NCBI GenBank assembly: GCA_026388115.1
Contig: JAPLKK010000017.1
Span: 15,667-79,666, forward strand
Length of the DNA stretch: 64,000 bases
Reading direction: 5' to 3'
DNA from: Elusimicrobiota bacterium
GTDB taxonomy: Bacteria > Elusimicrobiota > Elusimicrobia > UBA1565 > JACRDR01
The position numbers were made by a program, and so were the translations under genes. Under the pieces are notes generated by a model that saw only the letters and a list, made by a program, of their open reading frames with translations, did no database searches and had not been told where the DNA came from. Numbering within the stretch: the first letter of the stretch is position 1; the number at the start of each line of letters is the position of its first letter. Below are positions 1 through 11,900 of this stretch, piece by piece.

Positions 1-1
1 C

Positions 2-3000
2 AACCCGAACGGCGGGTTCGTCACCGTCACGGGCTCGAGCCTCACGTCGCTGACCGCCTACAACAATAAGTACTTCGCCGGCGGCGCGGATGGGCGGGTC
101 TATGTGGCCACCGACGGCGTCACGTGGAGCGCCGCCAACGGCGGCGTGGCGTTCGCGACGACGCCGATCCAGACCCTGGCCGCGTTCGACGGAAGGCTGT
201 ACGCCGGCGACGCGACGGGCCGCCTGTACGTCAGCACCGAGGGCAGCGTCTGGATGGTGACGGAGAGCGGCTATCCGATCAGCGGAAGCATCTGGAGCCT
301 GGCGCCGTTCAACGGCAAGCTCTTCACCGCGGACAATATCCTGGCCGGCAATATCTACCAAGTCACGCCGGTCGCCGCCTCCTTCTCCGCCGGCGCGGGC
401 GACGGCACGACGTTGAGCCAGACGCTGAGCGCGACCAACCTCAACCTCGTCAACTCGACGAACACGGCCTCGTGCGCGGGCTTCATGCCCTGCGCCGCGA
501 CGAACCAGGTGATCTTCACGGCGAGCGACCTCGCCGGCAACGTCTTGCGCGCGGGTCCGTTCGCGATCCAGGTGGACGCGACGACGCTGCTCGCGATCTC
601 GACGCCGATCTTCCCGGCCAACGGCGCCTACGTGAACGTCCAGCCGAACTTCGACTGGATCGCTCCCAGCACGACCACGGTCGCCGGCTTGCCGCCGAAC
701 ACGATCTATAACTTCCAGGTCGCGCAGGGCGACCCGTCCTTCCAGCCGATCAGCATCGTCATCAACGTCTCGACGCCGGCCGTGGTGACGAGCACGGTCG
801 TGCCGATGGCTTACGGCGCCTACGTCTCCACCTACGCCCTCGCCAACAACGCGACGTTCTACTGGCGCGTGCAGATCGTCAACGGCATCTACGGCTCCCA
901 GAGCGCGTGGTCTCAGACCTCCAGCTTCGTGACCGCCTTCACCCCGCCGGCGCAGACCGGCGCCTTCCTGAGTTGGGCCTCGACCGGCGGCTTCATCGCC
1001 GAGGTGCAGGTCAACGGCCTGGCCACGGGCGTGACCGCGCAGGTCTCCGTGCAGGATCCGATGGCCGGCCTGGTCGTCTCGACGAACGTGCTGGCCTTCG
1101 CCGGCAACGGCCACGACTTCGCGGGCGGGACCGGCGCGTTCGGCGTCATTTATTCCACGAACTCGGGCCAGACCTGGGTGGACGCCTCGACCGTGACCGT
1201 GGCTAACGGCGGCTACGCGATCGTCGCCTCGAACCTGCGCGCGCTGACCGTGTTCAACAACGCGCTCTATGTCGCCGACGGCAACGGCAGGGTCTACTCG
1301 AGCCCCGACGGCGTGAGCTGGGGCGCGACCAACGGAGGCGCGACCGTCGGCGCCGGCGCCATCCGCGCCATGGCGGTCTTCAACGGTCGTCTGTTCGCGG
1401 GAGACAACACCGGGCGGATCTGGGCGAACAACGGGGTCTCGTGGAGCCAGTCCAACAACAGCCAGGTGGTCGGCACCGGGATCGCGGCCATGACGGTCTT
1501 CAACGGCAACCTGTACGCCGGCGACGGCTCCAGCCCCGGCCGGCTGTACGTGAGCACCGACGGCAACTCCTGGAGGATGGTCCAGGCGGGCATCGGGCCC
1601 TTGGGCACCAGCGGCATCCAGTCCTTGGCCGCGTTCAACGGCCGGCTCTTCGTCGGCGAGCAGGGCATCAGCGCCGCCGCCAGGATATTCTCCTCGGTGG
1701 ACGGCAGCACCTGGCCGTCGAACGCGGTGGCCTCGCTGGGCGCCGTCAACACCAACATCGGCTCGCTGGTCGCGTTCAACAACAAGCTCATCGCCGGCGA
1801 CCAGGGGAACCAGAAGGTGTACGTGAGCACCGACGGCAACTTGTGGAACGCCGGCGTCATGCTCGCGCCCACGGCCAGCAACATCAACGCCCTCACCGTC
1901 TTCAACGGCAAGCTGTACGCCGGGGATTCGCTCGGCCGCCTGTACGTGAGCACCGAGGCGAGCACCTGGCTCGTGACCAACGGCAGCTTCCCGATCGCCG
2001 CCGCCGGCGCCGGCATCCAAGCCTTGGTGCCGTTCAACGGCAAGCTGTACGCGGCCGACAGCGCCGGCTTCGTGTATCAGATGACGCCGACCAGCATGAC
2101 GCTCTCGGGCGCCGACGGCTCGACCGCCTCCCAGGTCCTCGCCGCCAACGCGATGAACCTCGCCAACTCGAGCAACACCCAGACCTGCAACGGTGTCTGG
2201 CCCTGCGGCGCGACCAATCAGGTCCTGTTCACCGTCGTCGATCGCGCGGGCAACGTGGCCAAGTTCGGCCCGTACGCCGTCCAGGTGGACGCGAACACCG
2301 GCCTGGCCGTCTCGGCGCCAAGCCTCCCGGCCAACGGCGCCTACGTGACCACCGGCACCGTGAACTTCGACTGGACCGGCCCGAGCACGGTGACCTTGAG
2401 CGGCCTGCCGGCGGGGACCTCGTACTTCCTGCAGGTGTCGAGGAACGACCCGTCGTTCGCCGGCAACATCGTCGTGGCGATCACCACGCAGGCCGTTCCG
2501 ATCGTGAGCACGACGATGCCCACGGCCTTCGGCGCCTATTACTCGACCTATACGTTGGCCAACAACGCGACCTACTACTGGCGTGTCGCGACGATCAACG
2601 GTACCTACGGCACGGTGAGCCCCTTCTCGCAGACCTACAGCTTCGTGACCGACGTCGCGCTGCCCGTCAGCTCGGGCCCGTTCACGAGCATGGCCCCGGG
2701 CGGAGCGGTGGGCGAGTCCCAGATCAACACGCTGATCGCGAACGTCACGGCCCAGATCGCGCTGTCGCAGGCGGTCAGCGGCTTGGCCGTCTCCACCGGC
2801 GCCGTGGCCTTCGCGGGCGACGGGCACAACTTCCCGGGCGTCACCTCCGGCTTCGGCGTGATGTACTCGACCAACGCGGGACAGACGTGGATCGACTCGT
2901 CGCAGGTCACGGTCGCCAGCGGCGGGATTTCGCTCGGCGGCTACGCCTTGCGCGCCTTCGCGGTGTTCCAGGGCCAGCTGTACGCCGCCGACGCTAACGG

Positions 3001-6000
3001 CAACGTCTTCTTCAGCCCCGACGGCCTGAACTGGAGCGCCTCCAACGCCGCGCTCGGCAAGCCCGTCGGGAACCAAGGTTCGGGCGGTCCGCTCCGCGGC
3101 TTTGCGCTATTCAATGGCAAGCTCTACGTCGCGGACAACAACGCGGCCGGCAGGGTGTACGTCAGCGTGGACGGCCAGAACTGGACGACGAGCAACGGCG
3201 GCAACCCGGTCGGCTCGGTCATCAACGCGATGACCGTCTTCAACGGCCGCCTGTTCGCGTCCGACCCCATTACCAGCCGCGTGTACGTGAGCACCGACGG
3301 GAACATCTGGAGCACCGTACAGGGAGGCAACGCCATTGGCGCCGGCGGCATGATGTCGTTGGGGGTGTTCAACGGCAGAATCTACGCCGGTGACGGGGGC
3401 AACCCGGCCAAGGTCTGGGCCTCGATGGATGGGAGTACCTGGTCAGCCATGAACAGCGGAGCGCCTCTGCCGGGCGCGGTCAAGATTGAGTCGCTGGCCG
3501 TGTTCAACAACAAGCTCATCGCCGCGGACAGCAACAATGGAAAGATCTGGGTCAGCGCGGACGGCAACTCGTGGAGCGCCGCCGTGCAGGCCGGCGGCAA
3601 TGGGATCGCGTCGTTGGCCGTCTTCAACGGGAAGCTGTACGCCGGCGACGGGACGGGCCGGGTGTACGTGAGCACCGAGGCGAGCACCTGGCTGACCGTC
3701 AACGGCGGCTTCGCCGTCGGAGCGAGCACGTTCTACGCCCTGGTGCCCTTCAACGGCAGGCTGTACGCCGGCGACGCCGGCGGCAAGGCCTATCAGATCA
3801 CGCCGGTGACCGCGACGCTCACGGGCGCCGACGGCTCGACGGCGCCGCAGACGCTCACGGCTTTGGGCCTCAGCCTCCTCACCTCGACGAGCGCCAGCAC
3901 CTGCGGCGCCGGGACGGTCTGGCCTTGCGGCGCGACGAACCAGGTGCTGTTCACGGCCAGCGACCTCGCGGGTCGGGCGACGAAGCTCGGGCCCTTCGCG
4001 ATCCTCGTGGACACCCAGACCTCGGGCGGACTCATGGTGTCCACGCCGGCCCTGCCCCTCAACGGGGCCTTCATCAACGTCCAGCCGAACTTCACCTGGA
4101 TCGGCCCGAGCACCCCCACCTTGGCCGGCCTTCCCGCCGGCTCGTCCTATTACCTGCAGGTCTCGGTCAACGACCCGGCCTTCGCGCCCGCCAACATCGC
4201 CATCGCGATCACGACGCCCTCGGTGGTGATGAGCACCGTCGCGCCGACCGGCGCGGGCGCCTATATCTCCACCTTCACGCTGGCCAACAACGCGACCTAT
4301 TACTGGCGCGTGGCGACGATCAACGGCGTGGTGGGCACGCCCGGCCCGTGGTCCGCGACCTACAGCCTCGTGACCGACTTCGTGCCTCCGGTGATGGCCG
4401 GCACGTTCAGGACGCTGAACGCCGCCCAAACGACCCTCGGAGAACTGCAGATCAACAGTCTGGGCAGCGGCGTGACCGCTCAGATCAACGTCCAGGATCT
4501 GGCCAGCGGTCTCGCCGTGTCCACGAGCGTCCTGCTCTTCGCCGGAGACGGCCATGAAGGCCCCGACGTGGTCGGCGGCTTCGGCGTCATGTATTCCACC
4601 AACGCCGGCAAGACCTGGATCGACTTCACGCTCGCCGGCTCCTCCGTCGGCTCCACCGCCTTGTGGGCCGTGACGGCCTTGAACGGCAAGCTGTACGCCG
4701 CCGACAATACCGACTTCGTGTGGGTCAGCACCGACGGCGTCAACTGGAGCAAGACGAATTCCGGAAACAGCAACCTGCCCGTGGGCCTGACCAGCAGCGG
4801 CGGTTCGGCCTTCGCGCCGCTGCGGGCTCTGGTGGCGTTCAACGGCCAATTGTTCACCTCCGACATCACCGGTCGGGTCGATGTCAGCGCGGACGGCGAC
4901 AACTGGATGGCCTACGGCTCCCAGGTGGCCCAGAGCGCGATCCGGGCCATGACCGTGTTCAACGGCCGCCTGTACGCCGGCGACTCGACCGCCCCCGGCC
5001 GGGTCTATATGAGCACCGACGGGGTCAGCAGCTGGAAGGCGGCCGGTCCCGCCGTCGCGCCGCTGCAGACGGCGGGCGTGCTCGCCATGGCCGCGTTCAA
5101 CGGACGGCTCTTCGTCGGCGACGCTCAGGGCAAAGTGTACGTCTCGGTGGACGGCAGCACGTTCACGCTCGGCAACGGCGGCAGCCCGCTGAACACCCTC
5201 AACTCGCCGATCTTCAGCTTCGCCGCCTACAACAACAAGTTCTACGCCGGCGACGGCCTCGGCAAGATCTACGTCAGCAGCGACAGCGGCTCCTCGTGGA
5301 ACGGGACCAACGGCAACGGCGCGACAGGCCTTCCCGTTTCCAGCGGCGCGGCGATCCAGGCCATGATCGCGTTCGACGGCAAGCTGTACGCGGGAGACGC
5401 GGGCGGTCGCGTCTACGTCAGCACCGAAGGCAGCCAATGGCTGGTCGCGAACAGCAGCTTCCCGGTGGGCGTCAGCATCGGCGGCTTCGCCCCGCTGAAC
5501 GGAACGCTTTACGCCGTGGACAATCTCAGCAACTCGGTGTACCGGCTGTCGCCGGTCGCGCCGACGCTGACGGGGACGGACGGCACCACCGGCGCGCAGA
5601 CCCTGAGCGGCACCAGTCTCAACCTGGTGAACTCGCTCGCCTTCACCTACTGCCTGGGCGCCATGCCTTGCAACGCGGTCGACCAGGTGATCTTCACCGC
5701 CACCGACCGCGCCGGCAACGTGTTGAGGGTCGGTCCTTACGCGGTGCAGGTGGACGCGACGATGCCTCTGGCGACCCCCGCGCCGAGCTTCCCGGCCAAC
5801 GGCGCCTATGCGAACGTCCAGCCGAACTTCAACTGGTTCGGTCCGAGCACCGGGGTCATCGCGGGCCTGCCGGCCGGGAGCTCGTACTATCTGCAGGTGT
5901 CCAACGACCCGGCCTTCCAGGCATCGAATCTCGTGGTGAGCGTCTCGACGCCGGCGGTGGTCCTCAGCACCAACCTCCCGACCGGGGCCGGCGCCTATCT

Positions 6001-8968
6001 GTCGACCTACACGTTCACCGACAGCACCACGTACTACTGGCGCGTGGCCATGGTGAACGGCGCCTTCGGCTCCTACAGCCCCTGGTCCTCCACCTTCAGC
6101 TTCGTCACCGACTTGGCCCCGGCCTTGCAGGCATCGATGTTCACGAGCATCGTCAACGGCCAGAGCCAGCCGGAGAGCCAGCTGACGGCCGTGATCTCGG
6201 GGGCGACCGCGCAGCTCACGATCCAGGACCCGGTCAGCGGCCTCGCCATCTCCACGAGCGCCTTCGCGAGCGCAGGCGACGGCCGTTCGGCGCAGGGCGT
6301 CACCGCCGGCTTCGGCGTCATCTATTCCACCAACGGGGGTCAGAATTGGATCGACTTCTCGACCTTCGTGGTGGTGAACGCCGGCCAGCCGATCGTCGGG
6401 GCGCAGAGCCTGCGCACGTTGGCCGTCTTCGGGAACAAGCTGTACGCGGCCGACGGATCCAGCGGCAAGGTATGGCGGAGCCCCGACGGCTTCAATTGGA
6501 GCGCCGCCAACGGCAACAACCCGGTGGGCGCCGCCTTGCGCTCTTTCGCGCTCTTCAACGGCAGGATCTTCGCGGGCGACAACAACGGCAAGGTCTACGT
6601 CAGCACCACGGGCGACACTTGGAGCGCGTCCAACGCGAACGCCGCCGTCGGCGCCTCCATCGGGCCGCTCGGGGTGTTCAACGGCCGGTTGTACGCCGGC
6701 GACGTGTCGAACGGCCGCGTCTATATCAGCACCTCGGGCGACACCTGGAGCGCGACGCTGGGTGGGACAGCGGTCGCCGCGGCGCCGAGCAACGGCATCT
6801 GGTCCTTGGGCTCCTTCAACGGCCGGCTGTACGCCGGCGAGGGCGGGGGCAGCGCCAAGATCTACTACACCGCCGACGGCAGCACTTGGTTCCCGAGCAA
6901 CAACAACGCGGTGGTCGGCTCCTCCATCACCGCCTTGATCGCCCACTCCGGCCGGATGTACGCGGCCGACGGCAATTGGGGCAAGATCTACATGACCACG
7001 GACGGCAACGCCTGGGTTCCGGCCAACGGCGGCGTGACGCTGACGGTCTCGAGCCCGTCGGTGCAGAGCCTGGCCTCTTTCGACGGCAAGCTGTACGCCT
7101 CGGATCCCTCGGGGCGCGTCTACGTGAGCACCGAGGGCAGCACGTTCCTCGCGATCAACAGCAGCGCGCCGATCTCCGCCAGCAGCAATACGGCCCTGGC
7201 GGCCTTCAACGGCAAGCTGTACCTCTCCGGCGCGGACAACCGGGTGTACCAGATCACGCCGGTGACGGCCACGTGGCTGGGCGGAGGGGACGGCACGACC
7301 CTCGCCCAGACCTTGCTGGGCAGGAGCCTCATGCTCGTGACCTCGAGCAACCCCACCGTCTGCGGCGGGAGCTGGCCTTGCGGCGCGTCGAACCAGGTGA
7401 TCTTCACGGTCGCCAATCTGGCCGGCAGCGTCGCGAGGTTCGGCCCGTTCACGGTCCTGGTGGACACGCTGACCGCCGTCGCCATCTCGACGCCCTCGTT
7501 GCCCGCCAACGGCGGGTACGTGAGCCTGCAGCCCAACAACTTCACCTGGATCGGCCCGAGCACCGGGATCGTCTCCGGCCTGCTCGGCGGCTCGGCCTTC
7601 TCCATGCAGGTCTCGGCGAACGACCCGGCCTTCGCGCCCGGCAACGTCGTGATCAGCATCTCGACGCCGGCCGTCGTCGTGAGCACGACCTTGCCGACGA
7701 CCTCCGGGGCGTATCTCTCGACGTTCACCTTGACGGTCAACACGACCTACTACTGGCGCGTGACGACGACGAACGGGCTGTTCGGCGCCTCCGGTCCGTG
7801 GTCGCAGATCTACAGCTTCGTCGCGGCCTCGACGCCGCCCGCGCTGGCCGGGGCCTTCGTCACCGTGACCTCGAGCGGCGGGCTCCTGCCCGAGGGCGCG
7901 GTCAACGGCCTGGCCATCGGCACCACCGACCAGATCGCGAGCCTGGGCACCGGGGTGACCGCGCAGATCGTCCTGCAAGCCGGCAGCGCGGGCCTCGCCG
8001 TCTCCACCTCCGCGCTCGCCTTCTCGGGCGACGGGCACGACAGCCCGGCCGTCACCGGGGCCTGGGGCGTGACCTACTCGTCGAACGCCGGCCAGAGGTG
8101 GGTGGACTACTCGAAAGCAGCGGTCGTACAACAGAACTTCGGCATCGCGTTCTCCGCGATGGCCGCGTTCGCCGGCAACCTCTTCGTGGCCGACGCGGGC
8201 AGCGGCAGGGTCTACTACTATAACCACGTCAGCAACGTTTGGGACTGGTGCAACCACGGCAGCCCGATCAACGGCGCCGCCTCCCAGCTGCGCGCCTTCG
8301 TGAACTTCAGCAACCGGCTCTACGTGGGAGACGGCAACGGCGGCGTCTTCTCGCTCTCGGCTGGCGACCCGACTTGCGGGGGCTCCTGGACCCAATCGGT
8401 CAGCACGATCGGCGTATCGGTGCGGGCGATGGCGGCGTTCAACGGCAGGCTGTTCGCCGGCGATGGGGCCACCGGCAGGATCTACGTCAGCACCGACGGC
8501 CTCACCTGGCCCTGGAGCGCGGTCCAGGCCGGCGGCCAGGTCCTGCAGATGAACAACGTGCAGACCCTCGCCGTCTTCAACGGCCGCATCTTCGCCGGCG
8601 ACGCCTGGGGCAAGATCTATTCCTCCGTCGACGGCAGCACCTGGACCACGGCCAACGGCGGCGCGCCCGTGAGCGGCTCGACGATCACCGTCCTCACGGT
8701 CTATAACAACAAGTTCTACGCCGCCGACTCGACCGGGAAGGTGTACTCGAGCTTCAACGGCACCGCGGGGAGCGGCGCCGTGCAGGTGACGACGGGGACG
8801 AACATCGCCGTCCTGTCCTTCGCCGTCCTCAACGGCAAGCTGTACGCCGGGGAAGCGGCGCCGCCATCGCCGTCAGCAGCGTCGTCGCCCTGTCGCCGTA
8901 CAACGGCAAGCTGTACCTCGCCGACGCGAAGAGCATCTACCAGTACGCTCCGGTGCCCGGCACGATGA
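2..8968 (+). CDS. Giant cell-surface repeat protein, 5' portion. The gene start lies upstream of the window and the reading frame is open from base 2. It is interrupted by a frame change at about 8850-8870 and continues in the 8953..37614 ORF.
   Basis: ORF 104..8968 in the track. Frame 2 is open from the first window codon and already reads the repeat pattern (NPNGGFVTVTGSSLTSLTAYNNKYFAGGADGRVYVATDGVTW). Five complete roughly 1.7-kb supermodules are present, each with blades such as A.AVFNGKLYAGD..GRVYVSTDG.TW carrying the Asp-box S-x-D-G-x-T-W. Confidence 0.85.
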   Translation, partial: NPNGGFVTVTGSSLTSLTAYNNKYFAGGADGRVYVATDGVTWSAANGGVAFATTPIQTLAAFDGRLYAGDATGRLYVSTEGSVWMVTESGYPISGSIWSLAPFNGKLFTADNILAGNIYQVTPVAASFSAGAGDGTTLSQTLSATNLNLVNSTNTASCAGFMPCAATNQVIFTASDLAGNVLRAGPFAIQVDATTLLAISTPIFPANGAYVNVQPNFDWIAPSTTTVAGLPPNTIYNFQVAQGDPSFQPISIVINVSTPAVVTSTVVPMAYGAYVSTYALANNATFYWRVQIVNGIYGSQSAWSQTSSFVTAFTPPAQTGAFLSWASTGGFIAEVQVNGLATGVTAQVSVQDPMAGLVVSTNVLAFAGNGHDFAGGTGAFGVIYSTNSGQTWVDASTVTVANGGYAIVASNLRALTVFNNALYVADGNGRVYSSPDGVSWGATNGGATVGAGAIRAMAVFNGRLFAGDNTGRIWANNGVSWSQSNNSQVVGTGIAAMTVFNGNLYAGDGSSPGRLYVSTDGNSWRMVQAGIGPLGTSGIQSLAAFNGRLFVGEQGISAAARIFSSVDGSTWPSNAVASLGAVNTNIGSLVAFNNKLIAGDQGNQKVYVSTDGNLWNAGVMLAPTASNINALTVFNGKLYAGDSLGRLYVSTEASTWLVTNGSFPIAAAGAGIQALVPFNGKLYAADSAGFVYQMTPTSMTLSGADGSTASQVLAANAMNLANSSNTQTCNGVWPCGATNQVLFTVVDRAGNVAKFGPYAVQVDANTGLAVSAPSLPANGAYVTTGTVNFDWTGPSTVTLSGLPAGTSYFLQVSRNDPSFAGNIVVAITTQAVPIVSTTMPTAFGAYYSTYTLANNATYYWRVATINGTYGTVSPFSQTYSFVTDVALPVSSGPFTSMAPGGAVGESQINTLIANVTAQIALSQAVSGLAVSTGAVAFAGDGHNFPGVTSGFGVMYSTNAGQTWIDSSQVTVASGGISLGGYALRAFAVFQGQLYAADANGNVFFSPDGLNWSASNAALGKPVGNQGSGGPLRGFALFNGKLYVADNNAAGRVYVSVDGQNWTTSNGGNPVGSVINAMTVFNGRLFASDPITSRVYVSTDGNIWSTVQGGNAIGAGGMMSLGVFNGRIYAGDGGNPAKVWASMDGSTWSAMNSGAPLPGAVKIESLAVFNNKLIAADSNNGKIWVSADGNSWSAAVQAGGNGIASLAVFNGKLYAGDGTGRVYVSTEASTWLTVNGGFAVGASTFYALVPFNGRLYAGDAGGKAYQITPVTATLTGADGSTAPQTLTALGLSLLTSTSASTCGAGTVWPCGATNQVLFTASDLAGRATKLGPFAILVDTQTSGGLMVSTPALPLNGAFINVQPNFTWIGPSTPTLAGLPAGSSYYLQVSVNDPAFAPANIAIAITTPSVVMSTVAPTGAGAYISTFTLANNATYYWRVATINGVVGTPGPWSATYSLVTDFVPPVMAGTFRTLNAAQTTLGELQINSLGSGVTAQINVQDLASGLAVSTSVLLFAGDGHEGPDVVGGFGVMYSTNAGKTWIDFTLAGSSVGSTALWAVTALNGKLYAADNTDFVWVSTDGVNWSKTNSGNSNLPVGLTSSGGSAFAPLRALVAFNGQLFTSDITGRVDVSADGDNWMAYGSQVAQSAIRAMTVFNGRLYAGDSTAPGRVYMSTDGVSSWKAAGPAVAPLQTAGVLAMAAFNGRLFVGDAQGKVYVSVDGSTFTLGNGGSPLNTLNSPIFSFAAYNNKFYAGDGLGKIYVSSDSGSSWNGTNGNGATGLPVSSGAAIQAMIAFDGKLYAGDAGGRVYVSTEGSQWLVANSSFPVGVSIGGFAPLNGTLYAVDNLSNSVYRLSPVAPTLTGTDGTTGAQTLSGTSLNLVNSLAFTYCLGAMPCNAVDQVIFTATDRAGNVLRVGPYAVQVDATMPLATPAPSFPANGAYANVQPNFNWFGPSTGVIAGLPAGSSYYLQVSNDPAFQASNLVVSVSTPAVVLSTNLPTGAGAYLSTYTFTDSTTYYWRVAMVNGAFGSYSPWSSTFSFVTDLAPALQASMFTSIVNGQSQPESQLTAVISGATAQLTIQDPVSGLAISTSAFASAGDGRSAQGVTAGFGVIYSTNGGQNWIDFSTFVVVNAGQPIVGAQSLRTLAVFGNKLYAADGSSGKVWRSPDGFNWSAANGNNPVGAALRSFALFNGRIFAGDNNGKVYVSTTGDTWSASNANAAVGASIGPLGVFNGRLYAGDVSNGRVYISTSGDTWSATLGGTAVAAAPSNGIWSLGSFNGRLYAGEGGGSAKIYYTADGSTWFPSNNNAVVGSSITALIAHSGRMYAADGNWGKIYMTTDGNAWVPANGGVTLTVSSPSVQSLASFDGKLYASDPSGRVYVSTEGSTFLAINSSAPISASSNTALAAFNGKLYLSGADNRVYQITPVTATWLGGGDGTTLAQTLLGRSLMLVTSSNPTVCGGSWPCGASNQVIFTVANLAGSVARFGPFTVLVDTLTAVAISTPSLPANGGYVSLQPNNFTWIGPSTGIVSGLLGGSAFSMQVSANDPAFAPGNVVISISTPAVVVSTTLPTTSGAYLSTFTLTVNTTYYWRVTTTNGLFGASGPWSQIYSFVAASTPPALAGAFVTVTSSGGLLPEGAVNGLAIGTTDQIASLGTGVTAQIVLQAGSAGLAVSTSALAFSGDGHDSPAVTGAWGVTYSSNAGQRWVDYSKAAVVQQNFGIAFSAMAAFAGNLFVADAGSGRVYYYNHVSNVWDWCNHGSPINGAASQLRAFVNFSNRLYVGDGNGGVFSLSAGDPTCGGSWTQSVSTIGVSVRAMAAFNGRLFAGDGATGRIYVSTDGLTWPWSAVQAGGQVLQMNNVQTLAVFNGRIFAGDAWGKIYSSVDGSTWTTANGGAPVSGSTITVLTVYNNKFYAADSTGKVYSSFNGTAGSGAVQVTTGTNIAVLSFAVLNGKLYAGEAAPPSPSAASSPCRRTTASCTSPTRRASTSTLRCPAR

Positions 8969-11900
8969 CCGGCTCCGACGGGACCCTGGCCGCGCAGACG
9001 CTGACCATGACCGGCCTGAACCTCGCCAACTCCAGCAATACGGTGGTGTGCGGCGGGTTCGCTCCCTGCGGCGCCACCAACCAGGTGATCTTTACCGCCA
9101 GCGATCTGGCCGGCAACGTCGTGAAGCTCGGGCCCTACTCGATCCTGCTCGACGCGACCACCGCGGTCGCCTACTCGACGCCGGCCGCGCCGGGCCTGGC
9201 CGGCTTCGTCAACGTCCAGCCCAACTTCAACTGGGTGGCGCCGAGCACGCCGATCGCGGCGGCCTTGCCTCCGTCGAGCGCCTACATCCTGCAGGTCTCG
9301 AACAACGACCCCGGCTTCTCGAACGCGAACCTCGTCATCAACATCTCGACGCCGATCAGCGGCGTCGGGGTGAGCCTGAGCACGGCCGTGTCGCCGCCCT
9401 TGTCGGCGTACGTGTCCAGCTTCACGCTGACCAACAACACGACCTATTATTGGCGCGTCGTCACCCTCAACGGCGGCTTCGGCTGGTATGGGCCGTACTC
9501 CTCCACCTTCAGCTTCGTGACCGACTTCAGCGCGCCCACGCAGAACGGCGTCTTCACGACGCTCAGCCCGACGGGAGCGACGCTCACCGAGGCGCAGGTC
9601 AACACGCCGGCGACCTCGTCGGTGACCGCGCAGATCGGCGTTCAGGACACGATCAGCGGCTTGGCGGTCTCCAGCACCGCCGTGGCCTTCGCGGGCGACG
9701 GTCACAACTACACCGGCGCGATGGGCGGCTACGGCGTGGTCTACTCCACCAACGCCGGCCAAAGCTGGATCGACTTCTCGTCGATCACGGCGTCGAGGAG
9801 ATATGACGGCACGGTCACCTTCGGCAGCCAGCTCTACAGCTTCGCCGTTTACAAGGGAGCGCTGTTCGTCTCGGACGCGAACACCGGCTATCTCTACTAC
9901 AGCCCCGACGGCAACATCTGGACGCAGGTGGGCGCGTCCCAGATCGTCCCCGGCGGCTTGTCGAAGCCCCTGGCCGTGTTCAACGGCCGGCTCTTCGCCG
10001 GCGACGGCGCCAACGGCATGATCTACTGGACCGCCGGCGACACCAGCTCATGGAGCACCGCCAACGGCGGGGTGCCGGTCGGCCAAACGATCCGAGCCCT
10101 GGCCCAGTTCAGCGACCGCCTCGTCGCCGCGGACGGGACCAACGGCCACATCTACGTCAGTACGACGGGCGACACCTGGGCGACGTCGCAGGGCGGGCAG
10201 GCGGTGGGCATCGGGGCCATGCCGGCGCTGGCGGCCTATAACGGCCAGCTGTACGCCGGAGACTCGAAGGGCAACATCTACTTCTCGGCCGACGCCAGCA
10301 CCTGGACGAAGTCGAACAACGGCCTCGTCGTGGGCTCGTCCATCTCGGCCTTCGCCGCCTACAACGGCCGCCTGTTCGCGGCCGACGGCCTCAACGGAAG
10401 AGTCTACGCCACGAGCGACGGGGTCAGCTGGAGCACAGTCAACGGAGGGGTCCAGGTCACGACGGCGCCGACCATCGGCGTCGCGGCCCTCGCCTCCTTC
10501 AACGGCAGGCTGTACGCCTCCGCCGTCACCGGCACCGTATCGGTCAGCACCGCGGGCGGCAGCTGGTGGATGTTGAACAACGGCTATCCCATCAGCCCGA
10601 CGGGCGGCGCGTTCTGGGCTCTCGCTCCATTCAACGGGAACCTCGTCGCGGCCGATGCCGGCAGCGTGTACGTGATCGCGCCGGTGAGCGCGACGTTGGG
10701 AGGCGCGGACGGGACGGGCGCGGTCCAGACGCTGACGGCCACGGGCCTGGCGCTTGTGAACTCGACGCGCTCGGTCGTCTGCGGGGGCGTCGCGCCCTGT
10801 TCCGCCACCGACCAGGTGATCTTCACGGCGACGGATCGCGCCGGCAACGCGAAGCCGTTCGGTCCCTTCGCGGTGCTGGTGGACACCCTGACGCAGACCC
10901 TCGTCTCGACGCCGACCTTCCCGGCCAACGGCGCCTGGGTGAACATCCAGCCCAATTTCGACTGGATCGGGCCGAGCACCACGCCGGCCTCGGGCTTGCC
11001 GCCGGGCTCCTCTTATTACTTGCAGGTTTCCAACAACGACCCGGCCTTCGCGCCGGGGAACATCGTCATCAGCGTGTCGACCCAAGAGTACCTCTCGGCG
11101 ACGGGGACGTCGGTGCTGGCGAGCACGTCGTTGCCGACCGCGCAGAGCGGCTACATCTCGAGCTTCACGCTCACCAACGCGACGACCTATTACTGGCACG
11201 TGCTCCTGGGCAACAGCGTCCTCGGCACCAAGGGGCCATGGTCGCAGACGTACAGCTTTGTGACCGATTTCGCCGGACCCGCGCAGGCCGGCGCCTTCCT
11301 GAGCTCTTCGCCGGTCCTCGGCTGGATCGGCGAGACCCAGGTGAACCCGCTGTCGAACGGCGTCACCGTCCAGGTCGGCGTCCAGGATCTGCTCAGCGGC
11401 ATGGCCGTCTCGACGGGCTCGCTGCCGTTCGCGGGCGACGGGCACGATTACGCCGGCGTCACCGCGGGCTACGGCGTGATCTATTCGACCAGCGCGGGAC
11501 AGACCTGGATCGATTTCTCCACCGTGACCGCCGCCGCCGTCTACACCGCCGGCAACGCGGTCACCCCGAGGCTGCTCGCCCTGGCGGTATCCTCGGGCAC
11601 CATCTACGCGGCCTACGCCGACAACAATCTTCCTAAGTTCTACGTCTACCACAGCGCGGATGGAGCCGTCTGGACCGCCAACAACACCCCGTCGTTCTCC
11701 TACGCGCCCCAGGCGCTTGTGCCCTTCAACGGGAAGATCTTCGCCGGCTTCGCCGACGGCAGCATCTATTACTCGCTCAATGCCGGCACCAATTTCTCCC
11801 AGGCGAGACCCGGGCTCACCGGCGGTCTGGCCCCCATCGGCTCGAACATCAATGCGCTGGTCGTCTTCAACGGAAAGCTGTATGCCGGCGACAACAACGG

